DNA of 64,000 bases from Eledone cirrhosa. Taxonomy: Eukaryota. This document shows, piece after piece, positions 26,901-38,226 of this stretch. The DNA is taken from contig OZ024745.1 in assembly GCA_964016885.1 (NCBI GenBank), forward strand, positions 12,834,001-12,898,000, read 5' to 3'. Both the position numbers and the translations under genes were made by a program. The stretch's first letter is position 1. Each line of letters opens with the position of its first letter. The notes below the pieces were generated by a model. It worked only from the letters and a program-made list of their open reading frames with translations. It did not search any database and was not told the origin of the DNA.

Positions 26901-27844
26901 TAACGCTCATAGCTGAATCAATGGCCGAGCTAGAGAAGAAATTCCAAACATGGAAGCACGGCCTAGAATCAAAAGGCCTTAAAATTAACCTGGCTAAGAC
27001 TAAAGTTCTAGTTTGTAGGAAAGAAAATAAGGCGGCGGTCCCTTCCGGGAAATGGCCATGCTCAGTGTGTAGGAAAGGCGTAGGTAGAAACTCCATTTTA
27101 TGTCCCAAATGCAAAGTATGGGTGCATAAAAGATGTAGTGGGATCACAGGTAAGCTAACTAAGAACATAGATTTTACATGTGGCCGGTGCTCTGGTGCAA
27201 TAAGTAGCAGCAAGTGCCCACAAAATACTAGCTCTTTTAATTGCGCAGAGGGTCCTATAGAAATAGTGGACAGCTTCCATTACCTGGGTGACAAAATCAG
27301 CAGTGGGGGTGGGTGCTCTGAAAGTACAGTAGCTAGAGTCAGAACTGGATGGAAAAAGTTGAGAGAGCTTATACCACTATTAGCCGCTAAAGGGTTCTCC
27401 CTAAAAATGAAAGGTAGGCTGTATGATGCCTGCATATGAACAGCAATGTTGCATGGCAGTGAGACCTGGGCATTGTGTGCAGAGGATATACGCAGACTAG
27501 AGAGGAACGAAGCTTGCATGCTCCACTGGATGTGTAATAGTAATATACGCGAACGGCAAAGCATAAACGAACTAAGGGAAAAATTAGAAATAAGAGGGAT
27601 CAGATGTTGTTTAGTCGAGAGAAGGCTACGTTGGTATGGTCACGTGATGCGCATGAAAGACGACAGCTGTATAAAAAAGTGCAGGGCAATAAAGATAGAC
27701 GGTAGCCACGGAGTAGGCAGACCCAGAAAAACCTGGGACGACCTGATAAATTCCAACCTCACACACTTATACCTCTCCAAGACAATGTCACTGGACCGAG
27801 ATCTTTGGCGGTACTCAGTAATAGAGAAGAGCCGCCTTACCTGA
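23927..27844 (+). mobile_element. Near full-length RTE-type LINE (APE-RT with internal PHD finger), copy 1
   Basis: APE: RVGTMNVGTL..IQETRW..SAYAPQ..GDLNGH. RT: QFGF..FVDLETAFD..GVHQGSVLSP..LLYTDD. A few frameshifts and stops. Repeated 5' UTR block at 23927-24040 and 24415-24527. Confidence 0.93.
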
Positions 27845-27849
27845 AATAC

Positions 27850-28309
27850 AAAGTAAAACCTACTACAGTCAGTAGGCATCTCTAACAACCCTGTGATGAT
27901 ATATGTCATGATGGCTACCTATCTCACGATTTCCCACTCACCACCATTGGCTATTTGACCAATCAAACCTCAGCAACATGTCCTTACCCATTACCAGCCC
28001 CAACAAACTCTGCCATTACTCCTACTGTCCTTCTAGTCCTGCACCAAAGAATTTTTGTTTACCGTTATCTATGGATAAATGCAACAACCCTGAACAAATA
28101 AATGAATATGAATCCACGGGTTACCAAGCACCCATGCGAAGCTTTAATTCAGAGACAGGAAGCATACACACTCCCCTGCAAAAATTCACCCTTTTTCACA
28201 AATGATGGGAAATGTCCAAAACTCTGAGTTGGAACCATCAACGTAAGCACAATGAAAGGAAGAGCAGGAGAAATTGTAGAAATGCTAGAGTGAAAGGAAA
28301 TTGACGTAT
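27850..28309 (+). mobile_element. RTE-type LINE copy 3, 5' part
   Basis: 5' UTR plus L*VGTINVSTMKGRAGEIVEMLE*KEIDVC; it continues at 30495. Confidence 0.75.
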
Positions 28310-30494
28310 GCTTGAGGTGTTCAAGATTGCGAGGCAGTGTGTCAGAGAGAATTGTGATGTCATTGGAGAGAAGTGTATCCGGAATGATAAAGGTGAGCTT
28401 GCCCTCACAAGTGCTGAAAAGAAAGATGCATGGAAGAGTCATTATGATAGATTACTAAATGAGGAGAATACATGGGAAGAAGAGACCCTACCCCAAGTAG
28501 ACCCTATAGAAGGGCCAGCAGTACAAGTCAGCAGCAGCGTAGTAAGTAAGGCAATTAAAGATATGAAGATGGGGAAGGCAACCGGTCCATCGGGTATAGC
28601 TGCCGAGATGCTGAAGGCATCTGGGTCTGTAGGCCACACTATAACCACACATATTGTTAACCAGGTAATACTAGAAGGTGTCATACCAAAAGATTGGTGC
28701 AGTAGCATCATTGTCAACTGCTACAAAGGTAAAGGTGATGCACTCGATAGAGGAAACTATAGAGGTATAAAGCTGATGGACCAGGTCATGAAAGTAACAG
28801 AAAGAGTTATAGCACAGTTGATTAGGGACCGGGTGTAACTAGATGAGATGCAATTTGGGTTTGTACCAGGAAGAGGCACCACTGATGCCCTCTTCCTTGT
28901 GATGCAGTTACAGGAAAAAAAGTACCTAGCTAAAAGTAAGCAACTCTACCTGGCATTCGTCGATCTCGAGAAAGCCTTTGACAGAGTTCCACATACTGTA
29001 ATCTGGTGGGCTCTTAGAAAACTAGGAGTGGATGAATGGCTTGTGAAAGCTGTACAAGCCATGTATAGGGGAGCAGTCAGCAAAGTTAGGATTAGCAATG
29101 AGTATAGCGAGGAATTTAGCATACAGGTTGGGGTCCACCAGGGCTCTGTTCTTAGCCCTCTCCTGTTCATCATAGTCCTGCCGGCAATAACGGAGGAGTT
29201 TAAGACCGGATGCCCATGGGAACTCCTATATGCTGATGACCTCGCACTTATAGCTGAATCTATGATAGAACTAGAGAAGAAATTCCAAACTTGGAAGCAG
29301 GGACTAGAAAGAAAGGGTCTCAAAGTCAACATGACAAAGACTAAGGTTCTTGTAAGTAGACGAGAAAACAGAACCCAGATCCCCTCAGGGAAATGGCCTT
29401 GCTCAGTATGTAGGAAAGGTGTAGGTAGGAACTCCATTCTCTGCCCCAAATGCAAACAATGGGTACACAAGAGATGTAGCGGGATCTCAGGAAGCTTAAT
29501 TAAGAATGTAGGCTTCACATGCAGCAGCTGTACTGGGACAGCAAGCAGCAAACAGCCACAGGAAACAAGTACCACCAATCTCTGGGAGGGCTCTGTAGAG
29601 ACAGTAGACAGCTTCTGCTACCTAGGTGACCGAATTAGCAGCGGAGGTGGGTGTTCAGAAAGTACAATAACTAGGGTAAGAATGGGATGGAAGAAGTTCA
29701 GGGAACTACTACCACTGCTAGCTGCAAAAGGCTTCTCCCTCAAAATGAAAGGCAGACTGTATGATGCGTGTATCTGAACAGCAATGTTACATGGTAGTGA
29801 GACCTGGGCGCTGAAGGTGGAAGACTTACGTAGATTAGAGAGAAACGAAGCCTGCATGCTCCGATGGATGTGTAATAGTAATATACGCGAACGACAAAGC
29901 ATAAATGAATTGAGAGAGAGACTGAGCATAAGAGGAATCAAATGCTGTGTGCAGGAGAGACGGTTGCGTTGGTATGGACATGTGATGCATGTGAAGGATG
30001 ACAGCTGCATAAAAAGGTGCAGAGCACTAGAAGTCAATAGAAACCGCGGAGTGGGGAGACCCAAGATGACCTGGGATGAGGTGATAAAAGCTGACCTTAC
30101 CCAATTACACCTCTCAAAGGCGATGACACACGACCGTGACCTCTGGCATCACGCAGTAATACAGAGTACCCGACCTCTCATGGGTACAAGCTGAAGCATA
30201 TAGACAATATTCCCCCACACCCTCCCACTGCAAGGTGGTCGTGGAGGTGCCACGGCACAAAAACACCCAGCCCACACTGTAAAGTGGACATGTAGGCGCC
30301 ACGAAAAAGCATCCAGCACTCACTGTAAATGAGGTTGGTGTTAGGAAGGGCATCCAGCTGTAGAAATCAAGCCAAATGAGTTCCTGTATGAGCAAGGCAT
30401 GGTAAGCCGACCAGACACTGCCCACAACAGGACAACCCGTCTAACCCATGCTAGCATGGAAGAACGGACGTAAAACGGTGATGATGATGATGAT
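28310..30494 (+). mobile_element. 5'-truncated RTE-type LINE with PHD finger, copy 2
   Basis: ORFs 28308-28838, 28848-29777 (LLYADD) and 29784-30194, a SINE-like 3' UTR and a (GAT)n tail. Confidence 0.93.
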
Positions 30495-32225
30495 GTGTGC
30501 AAGAGACTAGATGGAAAGGAGAGTTTGCTAGAGTGTTTGTAGGCAAAAATCAGTGCTATAAATTTTTCTGGGTGGGAAATGACAATGGGATGGGCGGTGT
30601 AGGTATACTATTAGCTGACAAATGGGTAGATAAGGTAATCTCAGTGAACAGGGTGAACGCAAGAATCATTAAACTCAGCTTAGTCCTGAATAAAACAATT
30701 GCTACAATCATATCAGCTTACGCACCCCAATCGGGGTGCCAGACAAACTTAAGAATAGGTGTTACGAGTCCTTAATGCACACTACTGGCCTAACAAGCAA
30801 CAATGACTTCATAATTATTGCAGGGGACTTTAATGGACATGTTGGGAAACACCGTTACGGCTTCTATAGAGTCCATGGAGGCAATACAAGTCAGGAGCAG
30901 TATAGTAAATAAGGCAATTAAAGATATGAAGACTGGGAAGGCAAACGGTCCATCGGATATAGCTGCCAAGATGCTGAAAGCATCTGGGTCGGTAGGTCAA
31001 ACCATAACCACACGTATTGTTAACCAGGTAATACTAGAGGGTGTCATACCAAAGGATTGGTGCAGCAGCATCATTGTCAACTGCTACAAGGGTAAAGGAG
31101 ATGCACTAGATAGAAGAAACTATAGAGGTATAAAGCTGATGGACCAGGTCATGAAAGTAATGGAAAGAGTTACAGCACAGTTGATCAGGGACTGGGTAAA
31201 ATTGGATGAGATGCAGTTTGGGCTTGTGCCAGGAAAAAGCACCACTGATGTTCTCTTCCTTCTGAGGCAGTTACAGGAAAAGTACCTAGCTAAAAGTAAG
31301 CCGCTCTACCTTATAGCTGAATCTATGGCAGAACTAAAGAAACAAGCACCACCAAACTCTGGGAGAACTCTGTAGAAACAATAGACAGCTTTTGCTACCT
31401 AGGTGGCTGAATGAGCAGCAGAGGTGGGTGTTCTGAAAGTACAGTAACCAGGGTAACAATGGGATTGAAGAAGTTCAGGGAGCTACTGCCACTGCTAGCT
31501 GCAAAAGGCTTTTCTCTCAAAATGAAAGGCAGACTGTATGATGCATGCATACGAACAGCAATGTTACATGGTAGTGAGACCTGGGCGCTGTCTGTAGAAG
31601 ACTTGCGTAGATTAGAAAGAAACAAAGCTTGCATGCTCCGATGGATGTGTAATAGTAATATACGCAAACAGCAAAGCATAAACGAATTGAGAGAGAGACT
31701 GAGCATAACAGGAATCAAATGCTGTGTGCAGGAGAGGAGGTTGTGTTGGTATGGACATGTGACATGTGTATGAAGGATGAAAGCTACATAAAAAGGTGCA
31801 GAGCACTAGACGTCAATGGAAGCCGTGGAGTGGGGAGACCCAAGAAGACCTGGGATGAGGTGGTAAAAGCCAACCTTACTCAATTGCACCTCCCAAAAGT
31901 GATGACACTGGACCGTGACCTCTGGCTTCACACAGTAATACAGAAGACCCGACTTCCCCCGGGTACAAGCCGAAGGTGAAGCATATAGACAATATGCCCC
32001 CACCTCCTCCCACTGTAAAGTGGTCGTGGAGGTGTCACGACAAAAAAGCACCCAGCACTCACTGTGAGGTTGGTGTTAGGAAGGGCATCCAGCTGTAGAA
32101 ATCAAGCCAAAATCGGTTCCCAACTTAGCAAGATAAGGTCACCCGACCTGGCACTGCCCAAAACAGGACAACTCGTCTAACCCATACTACCGTGGAAGAA
32201 TGGACGTAAAACGGTGATGATGATA
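30495..32225 (+). mobile_element. RTE-type LINE copy 3, 3' part with internal deletions
   Basis: CVQETRWKG..SAYAPQ; jumps to the RT start; RT core and PHD deleted; 3' UTR and GAT tail. Confidence 0.88.
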
Positions 32226-32229
32226 TACA

Positions 32230-32567
32230 TATATATACTGTGTACAGTATATATACACTATATATTATACCCTATATATGATGTCCAAGAGAAAGGCAAT
32301 GGCTGATACAGCTTGGCACCAGTGACGTCACAACGTATATATATATATATATACACTATGTATATATTATATATACATTGTGTACAGTATATATACACTA
32401 TATATATATGTCCAAGAGAAAGGCTATGACCGATACAGCTTGGCACCAGTGACATCACAGCCGAGTAAACTGGAGCAACGTGAAATAAAGTGTCCTGCTC
32501 AAGGACACAACACATCACCCGGTCCGAGAATCGAACTCACCACCAATGCTTTAACCACTAAGCCATG
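32230..32567 (-). mobile_element. 5' half of the split SINE (family B head)
   Basis: Reverse CATGGCTTAGTGGTTAAAGCA..GAGTTCGATTCTCGGACC..GTCCTTGAGCAGGACACTT. Confidence 0.8.
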
Positions 32568-32869
32568 ATACGTTCCAGAACCAACCATGATAGAGAGAGA
32601 CCATAAAGACAACCGTTGTTTTCATAGTTTAAGCCTTAAAATACCTCTCCTACACGCTTTAAGTACATATAAACTCATTAAATCACACTTTGGGATTTAA
32701 ACACCAAAAACAGCCAGTAACGATTGTATAGAAACAACCACCAACTATCATACCACTAGTTAACAATGAGGACGATTGCCAGCCACGGTAGCCACTTGGT
32801 AATACGCTGCACATCTCCGGTCAATCTATGAAGGGTTTGTAGTAGATTAGAGCAAAACACAATCACAAT

Positions 32870-33708
32870 TTTCTATATATAAAAGAGGAGGAAGAAATAT
32901 ATTTTTCCAATGTTATATATATTTTCACTTGTATATAAATACTGGATCGTTGTAGGGTTCACATAATTATATTATTTACAAACATTAATATAAACATTAA
33001 GTATGGCAGGTGGATTGGCTATGGCAGGTGGATTGGCAGTATCGGTAGAGGGTCGGACGTCATGCTTTCCAGCATAGTTACGTCCCTTTACGATCTGAGT
33101 TCAAATCCAGCCGAGGTTAACTTTGCCTTTCATCCTTACGGGGTCGATAAAATAAAGTACCAGTAATGCACTGGGTTATTGCTAGCCTTGTGCCTAAAGT
33201 AGAAACAATTAATATAAACATTAAGTAAATCTTTGTTAACTTACCTTCTTCAGATATAATCAATGTGTTGTGTTGTTAGTTTTTACTAAGCAACCAAAGA
33301 AATAATCTCTTTGTTATCAAATTAGAAGTTTCAAAGATGTTATCAGCTTTATTTCACGACATTAACGTTGGTGTATCTTCTTTATCTTTAGTCATAAATT
33401 GATATCTTGTTAGAATGAAGTAGTGAGGCTGACTTTATGTCTTTAGCTACAGATTTGATAGGAAATATATATATATATTAGGTTGATATGTGGTCTAAAA
33501 TATATATATTGTCTATAAATGACTGATAGCAGATGTTCTGGTGAAATAGTAGGTTTACTACTACAGATTGTAATGGAACTCTTAGTAGACACAATTGTAA
33601 AGTAAGAATAGATATGACAGTGTAAGACTGATGTCGGGGAGAGAAAATTGTGTGTATATATATATATAATTGTTACACAAGATATAATTAGATTAATTAA
33701 AGTTATAA
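32870..33708 (-). other. 5' module of ZNF unit B, with a candidate non-coding exon ~33244-33446
   Basis: Paralogous to 12470-13003. Donor AAG|GTAAGT. Contains a family A SINE (33004-33210) flanked by a direct repeat ATTAATATAAACATTAAGTA. Confidence 0.65.
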
Positions 33709-33939
33709 TGAAGACAGCAGGTACGCGGTGTCGTCGGGAATGATTCAACTTTCGTGTAGGTGTCATACGTTAAAAGTCCCTGATATAATTTAATACCTTC
33801 AGACACAGTTCCAATTATATTTAATTTATTGTAAATCAGAAAGTATCACTTAGTAAAATATCAATTATATAACTATAAGAAAACCTGTACGTAGTCTCTC
33901 TAACTGCTAGAAATAGCGGCGATATTATCCATTACAACT

Positions 33940-34048
<109 letters not shown>

Positions 34049-34559
34049 TGCCCCCTCGTTATCGAGTATGGCCATTGCACGAGACAAAACCCCAACAACA
34101 ACAACAACAATAATAATAATATACATATATATATATACACACACGCACACACATAAACATATCTAAACACACATACACACACGATAGCAATTAACAGCGC
34201 TGCAATCGAATGTGGCCTTTTAGCCCAGCCAATGATCTAAAATGTCATGCACAGAGTCGGCAACAAAACATTCACTGGGAATAGCCGGCTGTGGTTGGAG
34301 TTCATATACTTTTACATGTCGTTTGAGCCCTCCTGCTGATTTACATTCTCTACCACATGCTTGGCAAGCATGATGAGTAGCATCTCCAACAGCAGTCTGG
34401 TAGTTAACCACTGGTCTTACTTTATGACTGCGAATATGACTTTCGAGTCCAGCTTCGCCGTCTGGAAATGCAACAGCAATGCCCTTCCTCACATCCCGCT
34501 TTACTTTCTAGTATGCGATTCGAGATGCCTCAAAGGCAACTTTTCCCTCATATACAGTC

Positions 34560-37500
34560 TGTAGTGGCTGAGATGGTCGCTTGGTAGCTAGCAGTTGCCT
34601 CCCCTTAACAACCCTTCAGGGAAGGGAGGCAAAATACACCCGGACACAGCCACAGATTTTCTCCACCATTTTTCCTTGTTGGTGGACATTCGCAGACAAC
34701 GCCTTGTTGATGCTGAAACAGGCCTTTCTTTCGAGGGTTCAGAGCCGGACGTCGCCACCGTCAGCCCTTCCTTTTTCTTGGCTGAAGTGGGCAACCAGTA
34801 TCAAAGCCTGCTGCATTCATTCCCTCAGTTGACGCAGGGAAAGTTACGAATAACTAGCCCGGACCATGCGATTGAACACTTCATATCCACTATAGGTCCA
34901 CCTGTTTTCTCACGTCCTCGAAGATTGTCTACAGAGAAGTTGAAAGCTGCACGTCTTGAATTCGACCACATGCTGGAATTGGGAATAATTCGGCGCTCCA
35001 CAAGTCCTTGGGCATCGCCTCTGCATATGGTACCTAGATCTTCTGGGGATTGGAGACCGACGGGTGACTACCGACGCTTAAACGCGATTACTGTGCCTGA
35101 CCGTTATCCAATCCCGCATTTGCAGGATTTTGCGTCGTCATTGCAGGGTTGCAGAATCTTTTCTAAGCTAGATTTGATCCGCGCTTATAACCAAATTCCG
35201 GTTAACGAGGAGGATATCCCAAAGACTGCTATTGCCACTCCTTTCGGATCGTTCGAGTTCCTCACTATGCCTTTCGGCCTTAGAAACGCTGCAAGTACCT
35301 TCCAACGATTTATGGATGATATTACTCGGGGCCTGGATTTTGTGTACACGTATATCGACGACGTGTTGATTGCTAGTTCTTCCCCTCAGCAGCATTCAAA
35401 GCATCTGGATCTCGTATTTCGTCGTTTACAGATCTATAATGTTCGAATTAATGCTTCCAAGTGTGTTTTCGGCTCGACTTCACTAACATTTTTAGGCCAT
35501 CTGATTGACGCCGATGGTATTCGACCTCTTCCTGAGAAGGTTAAGGCAGTATCGGATTTCCCTCCGCCAAGTTCACTGCGTCAATTGCGTCAATTCCTGG
35601 GCCTTGTGAATTTTTATAGGCGATTCGTACCTGGTTGTTCCAAATTGCTGTTCTCGTTGACAGAGATTTTTAAGGGTTGCCCGCGTAAGAATATGGACAT
35701 TTCCTTAAATGAAACGCAGCTTGATGATTTTAAAAAAGTGAAAAAGGCGTTAGCGAACGCGTCTTTGCTCGCCCACCCAGTACCCAACGCCGAGCTATCG
35801 CTCTGTGTTGATGCTTCGGACAGCGCCGTGGGCGCAGTCTTACAGCAGAAGGGTGATGGGGTACAGCAACCACTCGAGTTCTTTTCGAGGAAGTTAAAGC
35901 CTGCAGAAACTCGCTATAGCACCTTTGGAAGGGAGCTATTAGCAATTTATTTATCAGTGAAACATTTTGCTCATGTACTTGAAGGTAGAACATTCACCAT
36001 TTTCACTGATCATAAACCCTTGACGTTTGCTCTTCGAACTAAGGCAGACAAATACTCGCCCAGAGAAACGAGACATCTGGACTTCATCTCACAGTTCACG
36101 AACGACATTCAACATATTCCGGGTTCTTTGAATACAGCGGCCGATGCGCTGTCTCGCCTGCCGATCGCATCGATTTCGTCTTCCGAGGAGATAGATTTAC
36201 ATCGAATGGCAGCTGCCCAACCCACTCTCGAATCGTTGGATGTTACATCGCCAGAGTTTGTACATTGCAAACTGAAATACATTCCGATCTCAACTGCTGA
36301 CGGACAGATACTGTGTGATGTTTCGTTGGACTCACCACGACCTCTAGTCCCAGTGGAACATCGACGAACTGCGTTTCTCGCTTTACATGGCATTTCTCAC
36401 CCAGGAGTATCAGCCTCAGTAAAACTCATAACAGCCAGATTTTTCTGGCCTGGTATGAGACGTGACATTGCTGCTTGGTGTCGTTCCTGTGTCGCTTGCC
36501 AACAAGCGAAAGTTCATAGACATGTTAAGGCTCCTCTCGGAACCTTCACCTGCCCCGATGCAAGATTTCGTCACATTCATGTGGACATCGTCGGCCCGTG
36601 GCCGGTTAGTCGTGGTTTTTCGTATCTTTTGACGATTGTTGACCGTTTTTCGCGTTGGCCTGAAGCCGTCCCTATAACAGATATCACCGCCGAAACCACA
36701 GCCCGTACCCTCGTATCTTCGTGGATCGCTCGTTTCGGTGTACCAACCACCATAACAACAGATCGTGGTCGTCAATTCGAGTCTAACCTCTTCCGAGAGC
36801 TAACCCAAATCCTGGGGGCTACTCGAATAAGAACCACGGCTTACCACCCAGCCTCAAACGGAATGGTGGAAAGATTCCACAGGCAGCTCAAAGCCTCCTT
36901 AAGGGCTTCCATGAACTCTTCACGTTGGAGCGAGTACCTACCCATTGTATTGTTGGGTATTCGGTCGACGGTAAAGGTGGACCTTGGGTTCTCCTCTGCC
37001 GAATTAGTTTATGGTACGCCTCTGGCGTTACCGGGGCAAATGCTGGCCCCTTTTGACCTGACTTCGCAGGACCCCACTTCCTACGTGTCCCGGCTTCACT
37101 CTTATTTCAAGGATCTACCATCGATGGGCACTAGGAAGCAGACTGTAAAAACTGCCGTCCCAAGGGATATTGCCTTGTGGACACATGTGTTCGTTAGAGA
37201 CGACGCCGTGAGACCCCCTCTTCAACGGCCGTACTCTGGACCCTATCGTGTGCTTGCTCGCACAGACAAACATTTCACACTGGACATTCGGGGTTCCAGG
37301 GAAACGGTTTCTGTTGATCGTTTCAAACGAGCAAACCTGGACAATGACACAATGACACTTGAAACTCAAATGCCCCCCTCTTTTTCTTTGCCACACAGGC
37401 CTATTTCTTCCCCTCCCCCACCATCAACACACAGAACCACGACCCGTTCTGGGCGAAGGGTGCATTGGCCCCGTAAGCTATGCAGTAATATAAACTGAAT

Positions 37501-38226
37501 TGTATTTTTTTTTTTTGTTTGTTTGTTTGTTTTGTTTTGTTATTTTTTTCCTTCCAATTGTTTTTGTTGTACATTGCATTTTGTTACCTTTGGATTCTTG
37601 ACTGCCTACGGCAGTGTGAATATATTATATTTTGCGTAACATTACGACTGTTGTCAATTCTGACACAGTCCCTTTTTTTTTAGTGCATTTTTATAACTAT
37701 GCTACATATGGCATTTTCATTGCCTAGCAAAACATTTTTTTTCTTGTTTATCGCATCCGGGGCCCCTTTATTGCGAAGAGTGTTATCTTTTCATGCATTT
37801 TGCATCTTTTACTGTACATTTTTTTTTTGTTTTGTCTGCGTTAATGCTATTTATTTTTTTTTTTTTTAATTTTGAATTTGTTGATACATCCTTCTACATT
37901 TTGTAAACTACCTTCGCTTCATTGTTAACGATTTTGCGACAAAAAATCTGCTCCGAGGTGAATGTAGTGGCTGAGATGGTCGCTTGGTAGCTAGCAGTTA
38001 CCTCCCCTTAACAACCCTTCAGGGAAGGGAGGCAAAAATACACCCGGACACAGCCACAGGTTCACACACTCTTTTTGGACCACGGACATGAACAGACGTG
38101 GAAAGACCCGCTCCTCAAAATATTGACGTTGTAGGAAATTTACTAAATTATTGCATTAAATAAAATGATTGTTAGACTTGATTGTGCATTTATTTATTCG
38201 ACAAAGAGAAACATCACTTTTCTTTA
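34560..38226 (+). mobile_element. Ty3/Gypsy LTR retrotransposon with gag and protease deleted
   Basis: 5' LTR remnant 34560-34654 matches the start of the 3' LTR 37963-38226. 4-bp TSD AGTC at 34556-34559 and 38227-38230. Confidence 0.92.
34595..37498 (+). CDS. pol: Gypsy pol ORF (RT-RNase H-integrase), uninterrupted
   Basis: 967 codons. [43 protein letters not shown] integrase (VERFH), GPY motif. It opens at a TTG inside the LTR, so expression is uncertain. Confidence 0.85.
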   Translation: MPPLNNPSGKGGKIHPDTATDFLHHFSLLVDIRRQRLVDAETGLSFEGSEPDVATVSPSFFLAEVGNQYQSLLHSFPQLTQGKLRITSPDHAIEHFISTIGPPVFSRPRRLSTEKLKAARLEFDHMLELGIIRRSTSPWASPLHMVPRSSGDWRPTGDYRRLNAITVPDRYPIPHLQDFASSLQGCRIFSKLDLIRAYNQIPVNEEDIPKTAIATPFGSFEFLTMPFGLRNAASTFQRFMDDITRGLDFVYTYIDDVLIASSSPQQHSKHLDLVFRRLQIYNVRINASKCVFGSTSLTFLGHLIDADGIRPLPEKVKAVSDFPPPSSLRQLRQFLGLVNFYRRFVPGCSKLLFSLTEIFKGCPRKNMDISLNETQLDDFKKVKKALANASLLAHPVPNAELSLCVDASDSAVGAVLQQKGDGVQQPLEFFSRKLKPAETRYSTFGRELLAIYLSVKHFAHVLEGRTFTIFTDHKPLTFALRTKADKYSPRETRHLDFISQFTNDIQHIPGSLNTAADALSRLPIASISSSEEIDLHRMAAAQPTLESLDVTSPEFVHCKLKYIPISTADGQILCDVSLDSPRPLVPVEHRRTAFLALHGISHPGVSASVKLITARFFWPGMRRDIAAWCRSCVACQQAKVHRHVKAPLGTFTCPDARFRHIHVDIVGPWPVSRGFSYLLTIVDRFSRWPEAVPITDITAETTARTLVSSWIARFGVPTTITTDRGRQFESNLFRELTQILGATRIRTTAYHPASNGMVERFHRQLKASLRASMNSSRWSEYLPIVLLGIRSTVKVDLGFSSAELVYGTPLALPGQMLAPFDLTSQDPTSYVSRLHSYFKDLPSMGTRKQTVKTAVPRDIALWTHVFVRDDAVRPPLQRPYSGPYRVLARTDKHFTLDIRGSRETVSVDRFKRANLDNDTMTLETQMPPSFSLPHRPISSPPPPSTHRTTTRSGRRVHWPRKLCSNIN

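Noticed and set aside
27437-29777. Same in-frame TGA in two RTE copies (DACI*TAM), suggesting programmed readthrough or selenocysteine
   Set aside because: Copies at ~31552 and ~52065 have CGA at this site, so recurrent CpG deamination explains it.
28946-30064. Long antisense ORFs over LINE and Gypsy coding regions
   Set aside because: They are shadow frames of the TE ORFs with no recognisable motifs.
34560-34654. Gypsy element with complete 95-bp mini-LTRs (TG...CA)
   Set aside because: The TSD and the resumption of the host RTE place the true end at 38226, so the LTR is ~264 bp and the 5' copy is truncated.
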